This document shows positions 1 through 9,607 of a DNA stretch of 64,000 nucleotides, piece after piece. Position numbers and translations under genes: made by a program. The notes under the pieces were generated by a model. That model did not search any database. It had not been told where the DNA came from and worked only from the letters and a program-made list of their open reading frames with translations. How positions within the stretch are numbered: the first letter of the stretch is position 1; the number at the start of each line of letters is the position of its first letter. The stretch comes from a virus (lineage: Duplodnaviria > Heunggongvirae > Uroviricota > Caudoviricetes): the IMG/VR virus record IMGVR_UViG_651053022_000004, positions 1 through 64,000 of that record. One strand, 5' to 3'.

Positions 1-1143
1 CTATGCTGTTTTGATATCTACGATAATCCAGTCTTTACCACGATCATCATTGTATCGGTCGGTCATTTTTCTGGATTTATGGCCTAACAACTTTTGCGTA
101 TCCAGACCCTGTTCCCGATATAACCGTTCTGACAGAGATCGCTGCTCATGAAATGTGGGCGCAGTTCCTTGCTCCCATTTTATGCCACATTTTTCCCGGG
201 CCTTTTTAAAAGCCGTTGTCAGAGTATTTGCAGAAACCTGGTCTCCTCTGTTTGCTTGAGAGGTAGTGTGACGGTAATGGACCAGATATTTACTAACAAC
301 AGCATCCCTGCACTGAGATATAACTTCACGAAGGGTAATATTCAGAGCATCGCATTTCAGGTTAAGCGGAATAGCAAGTTTTGAACCGGTTTTTTCCTGA
401 GTAATGTGCAACATGTCGTCCCATATATCAGAGAATTTCAAATTGCAGATATCGCCTAAACGTTGTCCAGTAACAAGAGCAAGTAGCATGCCGCATTTTA
501 AATAGGGCTGCCGTCTGCTTACGCTGTCAAATATTGCCTGCCATTCGGGCAGTGACAATCTTTGGCGGTTTACTCGATTTCGCGGTTGTTTTGTTGCCTG
601 CGCTGGGTTAAATCCTGGCGGAACATGTCCTGCGTGTTGTGCTTCTTTGAAGACGTCGATCAACACCATTCTCACGACTTGCGCCATCCTGTTATGACCT
701 TCAGCCTTTACAGCATCAATTATTTCGGCAATATCAAGTGCGGTAATATCCTTGAGGTGTTGCATTCCACAATGCTCACGGAAAAGACGAATGGGTTTGC
801 CTTTTTGCCGATAGGAGTTGGGTCTTAGTTCATTATGTTGCAGCCTGTCCTCTTGGATAGAAATATATTTATCAAGCCATTCTGTCACCGTAATGTCTGA
901 GCGCCTGCCTTTCATTCTTTCCAGACGCTCATTGACGCTTAATATTTGTCTGGTACGTTGTTCAGCAATAATGGTATTTGCTTCAGTAGCAACTTGTTTT
1001 GCTTCATTCTCATCAGTTCCTAAGCTATGAAAACGACCGGATAGTGGATGTTTGTATTGCCAATATACCTTTCCGGTTCGCTTATCTAATTTGCAATATA
1101 AATTGGGTATAGAGATTTTGTGAGATCGGGGTCTAGCAGCCAT
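1..1143 (-). CDS. int: Phage integrase, tyrosine recombinase (not lambda Int)
   Basis: 380-aa ORF whose stop codon is window positions 1-3; C-terminal ...LLGHKSRKMTDRY... fits the His-x-x-Arg...Tyr catalytic arrangement; excisionase-like ORF adjacent. Confidence 0.9.
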   Translation of the reverse strand: MAARPRSHKISIPNLYCKLDKRTGKVYWQYKHPLSGRFHSLGTDENEAKQVATEANTIIAEQRTRQILSVNERLERMKGRRSDITVTEWLDKYISIQEDRLQHNELRPNSYRQKGKPIRLFREHCGMQHLKDITALDIAEIIDAVKAEGHNRMAQVVRMVLIDVFKEAQHAGHVPPGFNPAQATKQPRNRVNRQRLSLPEWQAIFDSVSRRQPYLKCGMLLALVTGQRLGDICNLKFSDIWDDMLHITQEKTGSKLAIPLNLKCDALNITLREVISQCRDAVVSKYLVHYRHTTSQANRGDQVSANTLTTAFKKAREKCGIKWEQGTAPTFHEQRSLSERLYREQGLDTQKLLGHKSRKMTDRYNDDRGKDWIIVDIKTA

Positions 1144-1369
1144 CAGCGATTATCCTTTGGAGTTTTGGGTTTGCGTTTATTGGGAGTTGCGGTTCTGCAA
1201 GCGTTCCTACAAAACGGGAATTTCGGTCAATCATCCAGTAGCGACCAACTTTTATAGCGGGTGGGGCCATCATTTTCCCTTGCGCGTATTTTTTCAGAAC
1301 TCGCTCACTTGGTGCTAAGTCCCCAAATTCTTCTTTAGCCCAGTCCTGTAAAGTGATTAGTCGAGACAT
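1133..1369 (-). CDS. xis: Excisionase-like protein
   Basis: 78-aa ORF overlapping the integrase start by 11 nt; size and position typical of lambdoid Xis. Confidence 0.6.
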   Translation of the reverse strand: MSRLITLQDWAKEEFGDLAPSERVLKKYAQGKMMAPPAIKVGRYWMIDRNSRFVGTLAEPQLPINANPKLQRIIADGC

Positions 1370-1508
1370 TTGTCCTCCTCTTAGCTGCTGAGGGAGTTTG
1401 TGACCGATATATCTGACATGATATTAAGCTCATGGCAGGTACATCTCTTGACTGGTCATAGAGATAAATTTAATGCTGAGAAATGCAGTATTGAATTTAT
1501 CAATTTTT

Positions 1509-1748
1509 CTATTTCCTGCGCATGTCACGTAACTTCTTAATGTGTTCTGCCGTTTCGATCTCTTCTGCTATCCGATCTGCATCAGCTTTATTCACAGGTT
1601 CAAAGTCATGATTAAAGCGGAACATGCTGGCGATACATGTTCTGCCTTTTCGGATGTAGTGAACTTTGTTGTGGGTAGAACGCAGGATTTTGCAGGGAGT
1701 GCCGTGGTGGTCGACGTACCAGGTGTTAGGGTCAATCACTCTGAACAT
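1509..1748 (-). CDS. Hypothetical early-left protein (DUF4222-like by recollection)
   Basis: 79-aa ORF in the int-exo accessory cluster, co-oriented with neighbours. Confidence 0.4.
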   Translation of the reverse strand: MFRVIDPNTWYVDHHGTPCKILRSTHNKVHYIRKGRTCIASMFRFNHDFEPVNKADADRIAEEIETAEHIKKLRDMRRK

Positions 1749-2061
1749 TCTTGACCTTGTGTTGTGCGGATTGATATTCAGTGCTGATATTCACCTTTAT
1801 AGCGAACACCTTTACCGGTTTATCGCCAAAGTGCGGATGTGTGATTGTCTTCACTTCATATCCGTCATACGGAACATCAATTCTGCGACTGGAATCGTCG
1901 CGCTTCGGATATCCCTTTGTGATAATCAGGCGGTCATATTCCCGGAACATAATTCGCTTATTCCAGTAGTCATTACACAAGCGATACTCTTCCGTTTTCT
2001 CTCCGCGAATCATGGCATCGAAGTATTCACTTTTAACAGCAAGTTGCAGGTTAGCCATCAC
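1732..2061 (-). CDS. ASCH-domain-like protein
   Basis: 109 aa; contains G-E-K-T-E-E-Y-R matching the GxKxxExR signature I associate with ASCH domains. Confidence 0.4.
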   Translation of the reverse strand: MMANLQLAVKSEYFDAMIRGEKTEEYRLCNDYWNKRIMFREYDRLIITKGYPKRDDSSRRIDVPYDGYEVKTITHPHFGDKPVKVFAIKVNISTEYQSAQHKVKNVQSD

Positions 2062-2279
2062 TTAATCCCCCTTTGTTTGCGGATAAGCTCCAGATCTTGC
2101 TGGCAACTGGCGCAAGTCCGACAACCCTGAACGGCCAGGCGTCTTCGTTCATCTATCGGATCGCCACACTCACAACAATGAGTGGCAGATACAGCCAGGT
2201 AGTTCAGGCGGCGCATTTTTATTGCTGTGTTGCGCTGTAATTCTTCTATTTCTGATGCTGAATCAATGATGTCTGCCAT
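2058..2279 (-). CDS. TraR/DksA-family C4 zinc-finger protein
   Basis: 73 aa with Cys-x-x-Cys ... Cys-x-x-Cys (CCECGDPI ... CRTCASC), the arrangement of phage TraR-like proteins. Confidence 0.7.
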   Translation of the reverse strand: MADIIDSASEIEELQRNTAIKMRRLNYLAVSATHCCECGDPIDERRRLAVQGCRTCASCQQDLELIRKQRGIK

Positions 2280-2330
2280 CTTTCATTAATCCCTGAACTG
2301 TTGGTTAATACGCTTGAGGGTGAATGCGAA

Positions 2331-2356
2331 CAATAAAAAAGGAGCCTGTAGCTCCC
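2331..2356 (-). terminator. Candidate rho-independent terminator within the early-left operon
   Basis: Hairpin ggagcctgtagctcc preceded on the plus strand by an A-run (U-run on the minus-strand transcript). Confidence 0.35.
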
Positions 2357-2377
2357 TGATAATTTTGCTTTTCATGT

Positions 2378-2659
2378 TCATCGTTCCTTAAAGACGCCGT
2401 TTAACATGCCGATTGCCAGGCTTAAATGAGTCGGTGTGAATCCCTTCAGCGTTACCGTTTCGCGGTGCTTCTTCAGTACGCTACGGCAAATGTCATTGAC
2501 GTTTTTATCCGGAAACTGCTGTCTGACTTTTTTGATTTCAGAATTAGCCTGACGGGCAATGCTGCGAAGGGCATTTTCTTGCTGAGGTGTCACTGAACAA
2601 GCCCCATGTCGGCAAGCATAAGCACACAGAATATGAAGCCCGCTGCCAGAAAAATGCAT
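2378..2659 (-). CDS. Hypothetical protein
   Basis: 93-aa ORF co-oriented in the early-left cluster; no recognisable motif. Confidence 0.3.
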   Translation of the reverse strand: MHFSGSGLHILCAYACRHGACSVTPQQENALRSIARQANSEIKKVRQQFPDKNVNDICRSVLKKHRETVTLKGFTPTHLSLAIGMLNGVFKER

Positions 2660-2669
2660 TCAGTGGTTG

Positions 2670-2861
2670 TCATACCTGGTCTCTCTCATCTGCTTCTGCT
2701 TTCGCCACCATCATTTCCAGCTTTTGTGAAAGGGATGTGGCTAACGTATGAAATTCTTCGTCTGTTTCTGCTGGTATTGGCACAAACCTGACTCCAATTT
2801 GAGCAAGGCTATGTGCCAAATCAATACTCGTTCTTAACTCAACAGGAGATGCTTTGTGCAT
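2670..2861 (-). CDS. Hypothetical protein
   Basis: 63-aa ORF co-oriented in the early-left cluster. Confidence 0.3.
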   Translation of the reverse strand: MHKASPVELRTSIDLAHSLAQIGVRFVPIPAETDEEFHTLATSLSQKLEMMVAKAEADERDQV

Positions 2862-3012
2862 ACCGCCCCCCGTTTATTATTTATCTCCTCAGCCAGCCGC
2901 TGGGCTTTCAGCGGATTTCGGATAACAGAAAGACCGTGAAATACCCAGCCTCGCTTTGTAACGGAGTAGACGAAAGTGATCGCGCCTACCCGGATATTAT
3001 CGTGAGGATGGG

Positions 3013-3693
3013 TCATCGCCATTGCTCTCCAAATACAAAACCAATTTCAGCCAGTGCTTCGTCCATTTTTTCGATGAACTCCGGCACCATCTCGTCAAAA
3101 CTCGCCATGTACTTTTCATCCCGCTCAACCACGACATAATGCAGGCCTTCACGCTTCATTCGTGGGTCATAGTTGGCAAAGTACCAGGCATCTTTTCGTG
3201 TCACCCACATGCTGTACTGCACCTGGGCCATGTAAGCCGACTTTATGGCCTCGAAACCACCGAGCCGGAACTTCATGAAATCCCGGGAGGTAAACGGGCA
3301 TTTCAGCTCAAGGCCATTGCCGTCACTGCATAAACCATCGGGAGAGCAGGCGGTGCGCATACTTTCGTCGCGATAGATGATCGGGGATTCAGTAACATTC
3401 ACGCCGGAAGTGAATTCAAACAGGGTTCTGGCGTCGTTCTCGTACTGTTTTCCCCACGCCAGCGCCTTAGCATTAACTTCCGGAGCCACACCGGTGCAAA
3501 CCTCAGCCAGCAGGGTGTGGAAGTAGGACATTTTCATGTCAGGCCACTTCTTTCCTGAGCGGGGCTTTGCTATCACGTTGTGAACTTCTGAAGCGGTGAT
3601 GACGCCGAGCCGTAATTTGTGCCATGCATCATCCCCCTGTTCGACAGCTCTCACGTCGATCCCGGTACGCTGCAGGATAATGTCCGGTGTCAT
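3013..3693 (-). CDS. exo: Lambda exonuclease (Red alpha)
   Basis: 226-aa translation ([43 protein letters not shown]...) matches lambda Exo as I recall it. Confidence 0.95.
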   Translation of the reverse strand: MTPDIILQRTGIDVRAVEQGDDAWHKLRLGVITASEVHNVIAKPRSGKKWPDMKMSYFHTLLAEVCTGVAPEVNAKALAWGKQYENDARTLFEFTSGVNVTESPIIYRDESMRTACSPDGLCSDGNGLELKCPFTSRDFMKFRLGGFEAIKSAYMAQVQYSMWVTRKDAWYFANYDPRMKREGLHYVVVERDEKYMASFDEMVPEFIEKMDEALAEIGFVFGEQWR

Positions 3694-4475
3694 GCTGCCA
3701 CCTTCTGCTCAGTGGCTTTCTGTTTCAGGAATCCAAGAGCTTTCACTGCTTCGGCCTGTGTCAGTTCTGACGATGCGCGAATGTCGCGGCGAAATATCTG
3801 GGAACAGAGCGGCAATAAGTCGTCATCCCATGTTTTGTCCAGGGCAATCAGCAGAGTGTTAATCTCCTGCATGGTTTCATCGTTAACCGGAGTGATGTCG
3901 CGTTCCGGCTGACGTTCCGCAGTGTATGCAGTATTTTCGACAATGCGCTCGGCTTCATCCTTGTCATAGATACCAGCAAATCCGAAGGCCAGACGGGCAC
4001 ACTGAATCATGGCTTTATGCCGTAACATCCGTTTGGGATGCGACTGCCACGGCCCCGTGATTTCTCTGCCTTCGCGAGTTTTGAATGGTTCGCGGCGGCA
4101 TTCATCCATCCATTCGGTAACGCAGATCGGATGATTGCGGTCTTTGCGGTAAATCCGGCACGTACATGATTCATTGTCCTGCTCAAAGTCCATGCCATCA
4201 AACTGCTGGTTTTCATTGATGATGCGGGACCAGCCATCAACGCCCACCACCGGAACGATGCCGTTCTGCTTATCAGGGAAGGCGTAAATTTCTTTCGTCC
4301 ACGGATTAAGGCCGTACTGGTTGGCGACGATCAGCAATGCGATGAACTGCGCATCGCTGGCATCACCTTTAAATGCCGTCTGACGAAGAGTGGTGATCAG
4401 TTCCTGTGGGTCGACAGAATCCATGCCGACACGTTCAGCCAGCTTCCCAGCCAGCGTTGCGAGTGCTGTACTCAT
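3690..4475 (-). CDS. bet: Bet single-strand annealing recombinase (Red beta)
   Basis: 261-aa translation ([48 protein letters not shown]...) matches lambda Bet. Confidence 0.95.
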   Translation of the reverse strand: MSTALATLAGKLAERVGMDSVDPQELITTLRQTAFKGDASDAQFIALLIVANQYGLNPWTKEIYAFPDKQNGIVPVVGVDGWSRIINENQQFDGMDFEQDNESCTCRIYRKDRNHPICVTEWMDECRREPFKTREGREITGPWQSHPKRMLRHKAMIQCARLAFGFAGIYDKDEAERIVENTAYTAERQPERDITPVNDETMQEINTLLIALDKTWDDDLLPLCSQIFRRDIRASSELTQAEAVKALGFLKQKATEQKVAA

Positions 4476-4480
4476 CCGTT

Positions 4481-4777
4481 TTATACCTCTGAATCAATAT
4501 CAACATGGTGGTGAGCAATGGTTTCAACCATGTACCGGATGTGTTCTGCCATGCGCTCCTGAAACTCAACATCGTCATCAAACGCACGGGTAATGGCTTT
4601 TTTGCTGGCCCCGCAGCGTTGCAAATGATCGATGCAGAGTGATTCAAACAGGTGCTGTGGAAGACCTTTTTCCATGTCGTCTGCCAGTTCTGCCTCTTTC
4701 TCTTCACGGGCGATCTGCTGGTAGTGACGCGCCCAGCTTTGAGCCTCAAGACGATCCTGAATGTAATAAGCGTTCAT
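4481..4777 (-). CDS. gam: Gam, RecBCD nuclease inhibitor (short form)
   Basis: 98-aa translation ([47 protein letters not shown]...) matches lambda GamS. Confidence 0.95.
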   Translation of the reverse strand: MNAYYIQDRLEAQSWARHYQQIAREEKEAELADDMEKGLPQHLFESLCIDHLQRCGASKKAITRAFDDDVEFQERMAEHIRYMVETIAHHHVDIDSEV

Positions 4778-4852
4778 GGCTGAACTCCTGAAAATGGCTG
4801 TGAAAATATCGCCTGCGAAATGCCGGGCTGATTAGGTAAACAGGAAAGGGGA

Positions 4853-5143
4853 TTAGTGATTCAGGCCGTTGCCGCGTCCGTCGAGAAAAACTTCCACGAG
4901 CAAATCACGGGTATAAGTGCGCTCGATGCCGCGATGCAGATAAAGCCGTCCGCGTAAATTAGCTGATGCAGTCCAGGTACCATCTTTGTGTTTGACCAGC
5001 ATTCCTGGCATGACCGCACCGCGATTAACGGTCTGCGTTCCGTAATGTTGATGAACCATAAAAACTCCTGCCCGTAAGCTGGGCTGCTGAACATATAGAG
5101 ACTTCTGCGCGTATTCAGGCGGTGGATGGCCGCCGGTTGTCAT
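4853..5143 (-). CDS. Hypothetical protein, first ORF downstream of the putative leftward promoter
   Basis: 96-aa ORF occupying the position of lambda kil/cIII/N but resembling none of them. Confidence 0.35.
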   Translation of the reverse strand: MTTGGHPPPEYAQKSLYVQQPSLRAGVFMVHQHYGTQTVNRGAVMPGMLVKHKDGTWTASANLRGRLYLHRGIERTYTRDLLVEVFLDGRGNGLNH

Positions 5144-5340
5144 AACTAAGCCGCCTCGTTGAAGCGACTAAGGTATGAAATGTTGAGTTAATTTCAGCTG
5201 GTCACACCGACGTTCACGCGTCCGTTTCACCCCTCGCACTCCCCGAAGCCTGCTGAAATTCAAACTGCGGATCTAAGCGGTCATCGCAACGGTGAATCAG
5301 GTAGTTGCCGTATCGTTGTGTTGTTGCGATGAACTTATTT

Positions 5341-5400
5341 AAAACTATAGTTGTTTTATCGTCAACAACAAAAGTTGTTTTATTGGTTGTTTTAGATATA
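5341..5400. promoter_or_regulatory. Candidate left operator/promoter region
   Basis: 17-mer aaaactatagttgtttt is the near-exact reverse complement of a 17-mer in the cI-cro intergenic region; palindrome aacaacaaaagttgtt; repeated GTTGTT half-sites. Confidence 0.4.
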
Positions 5401-5504
5401 ACTGGTTGTATTTAGGATGGATTTATTTTGTGACTTGAATCGCATAGCGATAACTGAAGCGAGGTTATGGTGGTTTTTTTAACGGTGTGTGTGATGAGGG
5501 GAGG

Positions 5505-5534
5505 GCAAAAGAAAACCCGGCACGGTGACCGGGA
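5505..5534 (-). terminator. Candidate rho-independent terminator downstream of the repressor gene
   Basis: Hairpin cccggcacggtgaccggg preceded on the plus strand by an A-rich run. Confidence 0.4.
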
Positions 5535-5654
5535 TTCTTACGCCGTTAGGTAAAGATATTATTGCGGTGGCTTAATATTACTACCTAGAGCAAAGATAGG
5601 AATTAGTTCTTTACTGAATGAGCACAATGCCCAGTTGATAATTTTTAATTGGTA

Positions 5655-6344
5655 CTACCCATGCTTCCTATATGTCTGCGGCATGCTCCCAATAACCTTA
5701 CCGAAGATGAACACCCGGTTCATCTCGTCTTTCTCGATCGGGTCCCACGGTGAGTAGCTTTTGTTATCAGAGATGACCAGCAGCTTATCCTTCATCATTT
5801 GCAGGCGCTTTACATGGGCTGTGTCGTCGTACAGAAACGCATAGATACCATCACCGTCGAAAGATTTAACTGTGATATCAACGAACAGCAGATCACCTGG
5901 TTCGATCGTTCCTGACATGCTGTCACCACGCACGTTAATGATGCGGATATTTTCCGCCTTCCTACCATCGAACATGTGACGAGCATCGTCAAACGAGTAC
6001 TCAACCGAGCGTAGAACTTCTACAAACTCACGGTTGATGACTCCCGGCCCAGCACTGACTTCTATATCAAGAACGTCAATCTTGAAGTATTTGGAATGGC
6101 TGACAGTTGATTGTATTGGTTGCACTGTACTGTCTGACATATTTCCAACGCCAGAAGATAACCATTCTGCGCGCACACCCAAAGCGTTCGCGATCTCCAC
6201 GATTTTAGTTGTTTGATTAGCTTTCCCTGTTTCGATTTTCTGAATAGCAGCCTGGCTAACCCCGACCAAATCCCCAAGCGCCTTTTGTGTAAGGCCTCGC
6301 GCTAATCTGGCTTCTTTAAGTCTTTCTGAGAGTGTTGTTTTCAT
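5655..6344 (-). CDS. CI-like prophage repressor (HTH plus LexA-like S24 peptidase domain); start at internal ATG
   Basis: N-terminal HTH (LTQKALGDLVGVSQAAIQKIETGK), C-terminal VRGDSMSGTIEPGDLL with a downstream Lys as in LexA/CI autocleavage domains; divergent from a Cro-like gene. Confidence 0.85.
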   Translation of the reverse strand: MKTTLSERLKEARLARGLTQKALGDLVGVSQAAIQKIETGKANQTTKIVEIANALGVRAEWLSSGVGNMSDSTVQPIQSTVSHSKYFKIDVLDIEVSAGPGVINREFVEVLRSVEYSFDDARHMFDGRKAENIRIINVRGDSMSGTIEPGDLLFVDITVKSFDGDGIYAFLYDDTAHVKRLQMMKDKLLVISDNKSYSPWDPIEKDEMNRVFIFGKVIGSMPQTYRKHG

Positions 6345-6382
6345 AGTCCAAATGTACAACCAAGGTTTTATTCCATCAAACG

Positions 6383-6418
6383 AAAATGGTTGTTGACTAA
6401 AAACAACCATAGTTTTAA
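6383..6418. promoter_or_regulatory. Candidate right operator between repressor and cro-like genes
   Basis: Palindrome atggttgttgactaaaaacaaccat and 17-mer aaaacaaccatagtttt shared in reverse complement with the left region. Confidence 0.5.
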
Positions 6419-6448
6419 TCTTGATTCAAATTAACCACGGAGGTTGTT

Positions 6449-6679
6449 ATGAACCCAGCTATCAAAACAGCGATCAATATCGTTGGTTCACAAAAGAAAC
6501 TGGGCGCTGCTTGCGAAGTTTCACAGCAGGCCGTCTATAAGTGGCTTCACAACAAAGCAAAGGTATCCCCTGAACATGTCGGCAGCATTGTTACGGCTAC
6601 TGGTGGAGTAGTGAAGGCATACCAGATTCGCCCGGATCTTCCGAAGTTGTTTCCACACACCGAAAAGAACGCAGCTTAA
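6449..6679 (+). CDS. Cro-like HTH regulator (YdaS-type)
   Basis: 76-aa ORF divergent from the repressor gene; HTH-like segment KKLGAACEVSQQAVYKW. Confidence 0.7.
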   Translation: MNPAIKTAINIVGSQKKLGAACEVSQQAVYKWLHNKAKVSPEHVGSIVTATGGVVKAYQIRPDLPKLFPHTEKNAA

Positions 6680-6748
6680 ATTTCCATTTCACGCTCTTTA
6701 ACAATAAGCAATCAACTTAACAGTCAATTCAAACTAAAGGAGTCAATT

Positions 6749-7288
6749 ATGCAACCACTTACATACCAACAGACTAGCGGATTTAGCCCGACTGCGGTGA
6801 TAAATCGTTCTCAAACAAAACAGGTGCCAGGCCACGAAAAAATCCGTGATGCCGTCCGCGCCTGGTCGGCTGTAGATAATCAGGATGTCGTTGCCACACT
6901 CATTGTGAATGAGTATCTGGAGCAGGGCGGCGGCACCATCGATTTCCCTGATGATGTCAGCCGTGCACGCCAGAAGCTGTTCCGCTTCCTCGATAACAAA
7001 TTCGATTCTGAAAAATACCGAAATAACGTGCGTGAACTGACCCCGGCAATTCTGGCGGTACTACCGCTGGAATATCGCGGTTACCTGGTTGAGCAGGATA
7101 GCTTCATGGCTAGGTTGGCTGAAATGGAAAAGGAACTCAGTGAGGCAAAACAGGCTGTCATTCTCAACGCACCACGCCACCAGAAACTGAAGGAAATTAG
7201 TGAAGGTATTGTGTCGATGTTTCGTGTGGACCCAGATCTGGCTGGTCCATTGATGGCGATGGTTACTACCATGCTGGGGGCGATATGA
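6749..7288 (+). CDS. YdaT-like / CII-position regulatory protein
   Basis: 179-aa ORF between cro-like and O; assignment by position and recollection of the YdaS/YdaT pairing in lambdoid prophages. Confidence 0.4.
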   Translation: MQPLTYQQTSGFSPTAVINRSQTKQVPGHEKIRDAVRAWSAVDNQDVVATLIVNEYLEQGGGTIDFPDDVSRARQKLFRFLDNKFDSEKYRNNVRELTPAILAVLPLEYRGYLVEQDSFMARLAEMEKELSEAKQAVILNAPRHQKLKEISEGIVSMFRVDPDLAGPLMAMVTTMLGAI

Positions 7289-7374
7289 CAGGTTCAGAAA
7301 TGGCGAAAGCCGGTCTGCTGGAACAGAACCGACTTTCAGGTGCAAATCGTAACACACTCATTGCGGGAGGAATT

Positions 7375-8304
7375 ATGGCAAACACTGCTGAGATATTCAA
7401 TTTTCCAGTGCCGGATGCGGCACAAAAGGAGCCGCGCGTGGCAGATCTCGATGATGGTTATACGCGCATTGCAAATGAGTTGCTGGAAGCTGTGATGCTG
7501 GCCGGATTAACACAGCACCAGCTTCTGGTCTTTCTGGCTGTCATGCGCAAAACATATGGCTTTAATAAAAAACTGGATTGGGTTAGCAACGAGCAACTTT
7601 CCGAATTAACCGGGATATTGCCGCACAAGTGTTCTGCTGCAAAAAGTGTTCTGGTAAAGCGTGGGATTTTTATTCAGAGCGGGCGGAATACCGGCATTAA
7701 TAATGTGGTCAGTGAATGGTCAACATTACCCGAATCAGGTAAGAAAAATAAAGTTTACCTGAAAGAGGTAAATTTACCTGAATCAGGTAAAAAAAGTTTA
7801 CCCAAATCAGGTAAAGGCGTTTACCCGAATCAGGTAAACACAAAAGACAAACTAACAAAAGACAATATAAAACCTTTTTCGTCCGAGAATTCTGGCGAAT
7901 CCTCTGACCAACCAGAAAACGATCTTCCTGTGGTGAAACCGGATGCTGCAATTCAGAGCGGCAGCAAGTGGGGGACAGCAGAAGACCTGACCGCCGCAGA
8001 GTGGATGTTTGACATGGTGAAGACCATCGCGCCATCAGCCAGAAAACCGAATTTTGCAGGGTGGGCTAACGATATCCGCCTGATGCGTGAACGTGACGGA
8101 CGTAACCACCGCGACATGTGCGTGCTGTTCCGCTGGGCATGCCAGGACAACTTCTGGTCCGGTAACGTGCTAAGTCCGGCCAAACTCCGCGACAAGTGGA
8201 CCCAACTCGAAATCAACCGTAACAAGCAACAGGCAGGCGTGACAGCTAGCAAACCAAAACTCGACCTGACAAACACAGACTGGATTTACGGGGTGGATCT
8301 ATGA
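7375..8304 (+). CDS. O: Replication initiator O (start at internal ATG after a GGAGG motif)
   Basis: Translation from MANTAEIFNF... aligns with lambda O (VADLDDGY..., LRKTYG...); origin iterons embedded in the coding sequence. Confidence 0.9.
   Translation: MANTAEIFNFPVPDAAQKEPRVADLDDGYTRIANELLEAVMLAGLTQHQLLVFLAVMRKTYGFNKKLDWVSNEQLSELTGILPHKCSAAKSVLVKRGIFIQSGRNTGINNVVSEWSTLPESGKKNKVYLKEVNLPESGKKSLPKSGKGVYPNQVNTKDKLTKDNIKPFSSENSGESSDQPENDLPVVKPDAAIQSGSKWGTAEDLTAAEWMFDMVKTIAPSARKPNFAGWANDIRLMRERDGRNHRDMCVLFRWACQDNFWSGNVLSPAKLRDKWTQLEINRNKQQAGVTASKPKLDLTNTDWIYGVDL
7727..7875. repeat. Replication origin: five ~17-bp iterons plus an A-rich flank inside the O gene
   Basis: ttacccgaatcaggtaa, ttacctgaaagaggtaa, ttacctgaatcaggtaa, ttacccaaatcaggtaa, ttacccgaatcaggtaa at ~23-bp spacing, followed by acaaaagacaaactaacaaaagacaatataaaa. 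Confidence 0.8.
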
Positions 8305-9002
8305 AAAACATCGCCGCACAGATGATTAACTTTGACCGTGAGCAGATGCGTCGGATCGCCAACAACATGCCGGAACAGTACGACGAAAAGCCGCAGGTAC
8401 AGCAGGTAGCGCAGATAATCAACGGTGTATTCAGCCAGTTACTGGCAACTTTCCCGGCGAGCCTGGCTAATCGTGACCAGAACGAACTGAACGAAATCCG
8501 CCGCCAGTGGGTTCTGGCTTTCCGGGAAAACGGGATCACCACGATGGAGCAGGTGAGCGACGGAATGCGTGTTGCCCGTCGGCAGAATAGACCATTTCTG
8601 CCATCACCCGGGCAGTTTGTTGCATGGTGCCGGGAAGAAGCATCCGTTACCGCCGGGCTGCCAAACGTCAGCGAGCTGGTTGATATGGTTTACGAGTATT
8701 GCCGGAAGCGTGGTCTGTATCCGGATGCAGAGTCTTATCCGTGGAAATCAAACGCGCACTACTGGCTGGTTACCAACCTGTATCAGAACATGCGGGCCAA
8801 TGCGTTGACTGACGCGGAATTACGGCGCAAGGCTGCCGATGAACTGGCCTGTATGACCGCGCGAATTAACCGTGGTGAGGCTATACCTGAACCAGTAAAA
8901 CAACTTCCTGTCATGGGCGGTAGGCCTCTAAATCGTGCACAGGCTCTGGCGAAGATCGCAGAAATCAAAGCTAAGTTCGGGCTGAAAGGAGCGATGAAAT
9001 AG
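8301..9002 (+). CDS. P: Replication protein P (DnaB helicase loader)
   Basis: 233-aa translation (MKNIAAQMINFDREQMRRIANNMPEQYDEKPQVQQVAQIINGVF...) matches lambda P. Confidence 0.95.
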   Translation: MKNIAAQMINFDREQMRRIANNMPEQYDEKPQVQQVAQIINGVFSQLLATFPASLANRDQNELNEIRRQWVLAFRENGITTMEQVSDGMRVARRQNRPFLPSPGQFVAWCREEASVTAGLPNVSELVDMVYEYCRKRGLYPDAESYPWKSNAHYWLVTNLYQNMRANALTDAELRRKAADELACMTARINRGEAIPEPVKQLPVMGGRPLNRAQALAKIAEIKAKFGLKGAMK

Positions 9003-9220
9003 AGCTAAAGTATTAGCTTAAAAATAAAGTATACCTAGCGAATATAATCTAGGACTAGTTGTAACGCCCGAAATGATTGATTGCGTGAGCAACAAAATTT
9101 TTCTTCCATTGTTGTGAAATCATTTAGCCATAAAGTTTATGCAGAGATTTTATTTTATTTTTGAGTTGATTTTTTTGTAACGAGCTGTGAACATAAAACA
9201 CTATCAGTAAGTTGGAGTCA

Positions 9221-9607
9221 TTACCCAGGAATTGTTCTGTATTCTACAGCGGCCACAACAAAACCAGCTTCTGCCAGAGCCATTCTCATTTCAATAAATT
9301 TGTCATGTTCAGAAGACATGAATCCGCCGCCGGGATAATAAATAATGGCTGGTTTTAAATCATTTGTTCGCGGGACAAGAACTGACATGTGAAGCTGTCT
9401 GACAGAACGAGTTCCTTTTATCTGGGAATAAACAACATCACCAATGAGATCGACCTGGTTTCTGGTCGGTGAAACACTAATGATATCTGCACCCGGGGTG
9501 TAACCAGGAAGATTAGTCTGGACAGGTGTTGCACAACTCCCGACCGACATGGCCATTGACATACCATACAATAGTGTTGCAGATGATAATATCTTGTTAA
9601 TTTTCAT
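9221..9607 (-). pseudogene. N-terminal fragment of a lipoprotein-type alpha/beta hydrolase (esterase-like), probable remnant
   Basis: Signal peptide with ...SVGSC lipobox, oxyanion-hole-like YYPGGGF and VEYR motif, but the ORF stops before any nucleophile G-x-S-x-G motif; set in an AT-rich island. Confidence 0.4.

Noticed and set aside
2813-3139. 108-aa plus-strand ORF
   Set aside because: It overlaps the exo gene on the opposite strand and small minus-strand ORFs, with no supporting signals.
7727-7840. Direct repeats considered as a possible CRISPR array
   Set aside because: Repeats are ~17 bp at ~23-bp spacing inside the O gene with an AT-rich flank, which is the signature of a lambda-type origin, and there are no cas genes.
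9221-9607. Intact small secreted esterase
   Set aside because: The ORF ends before any G-x-S-x-G nucleophile motif and no downstream continuation exists in any frame, so a truncated remnant is more likely.
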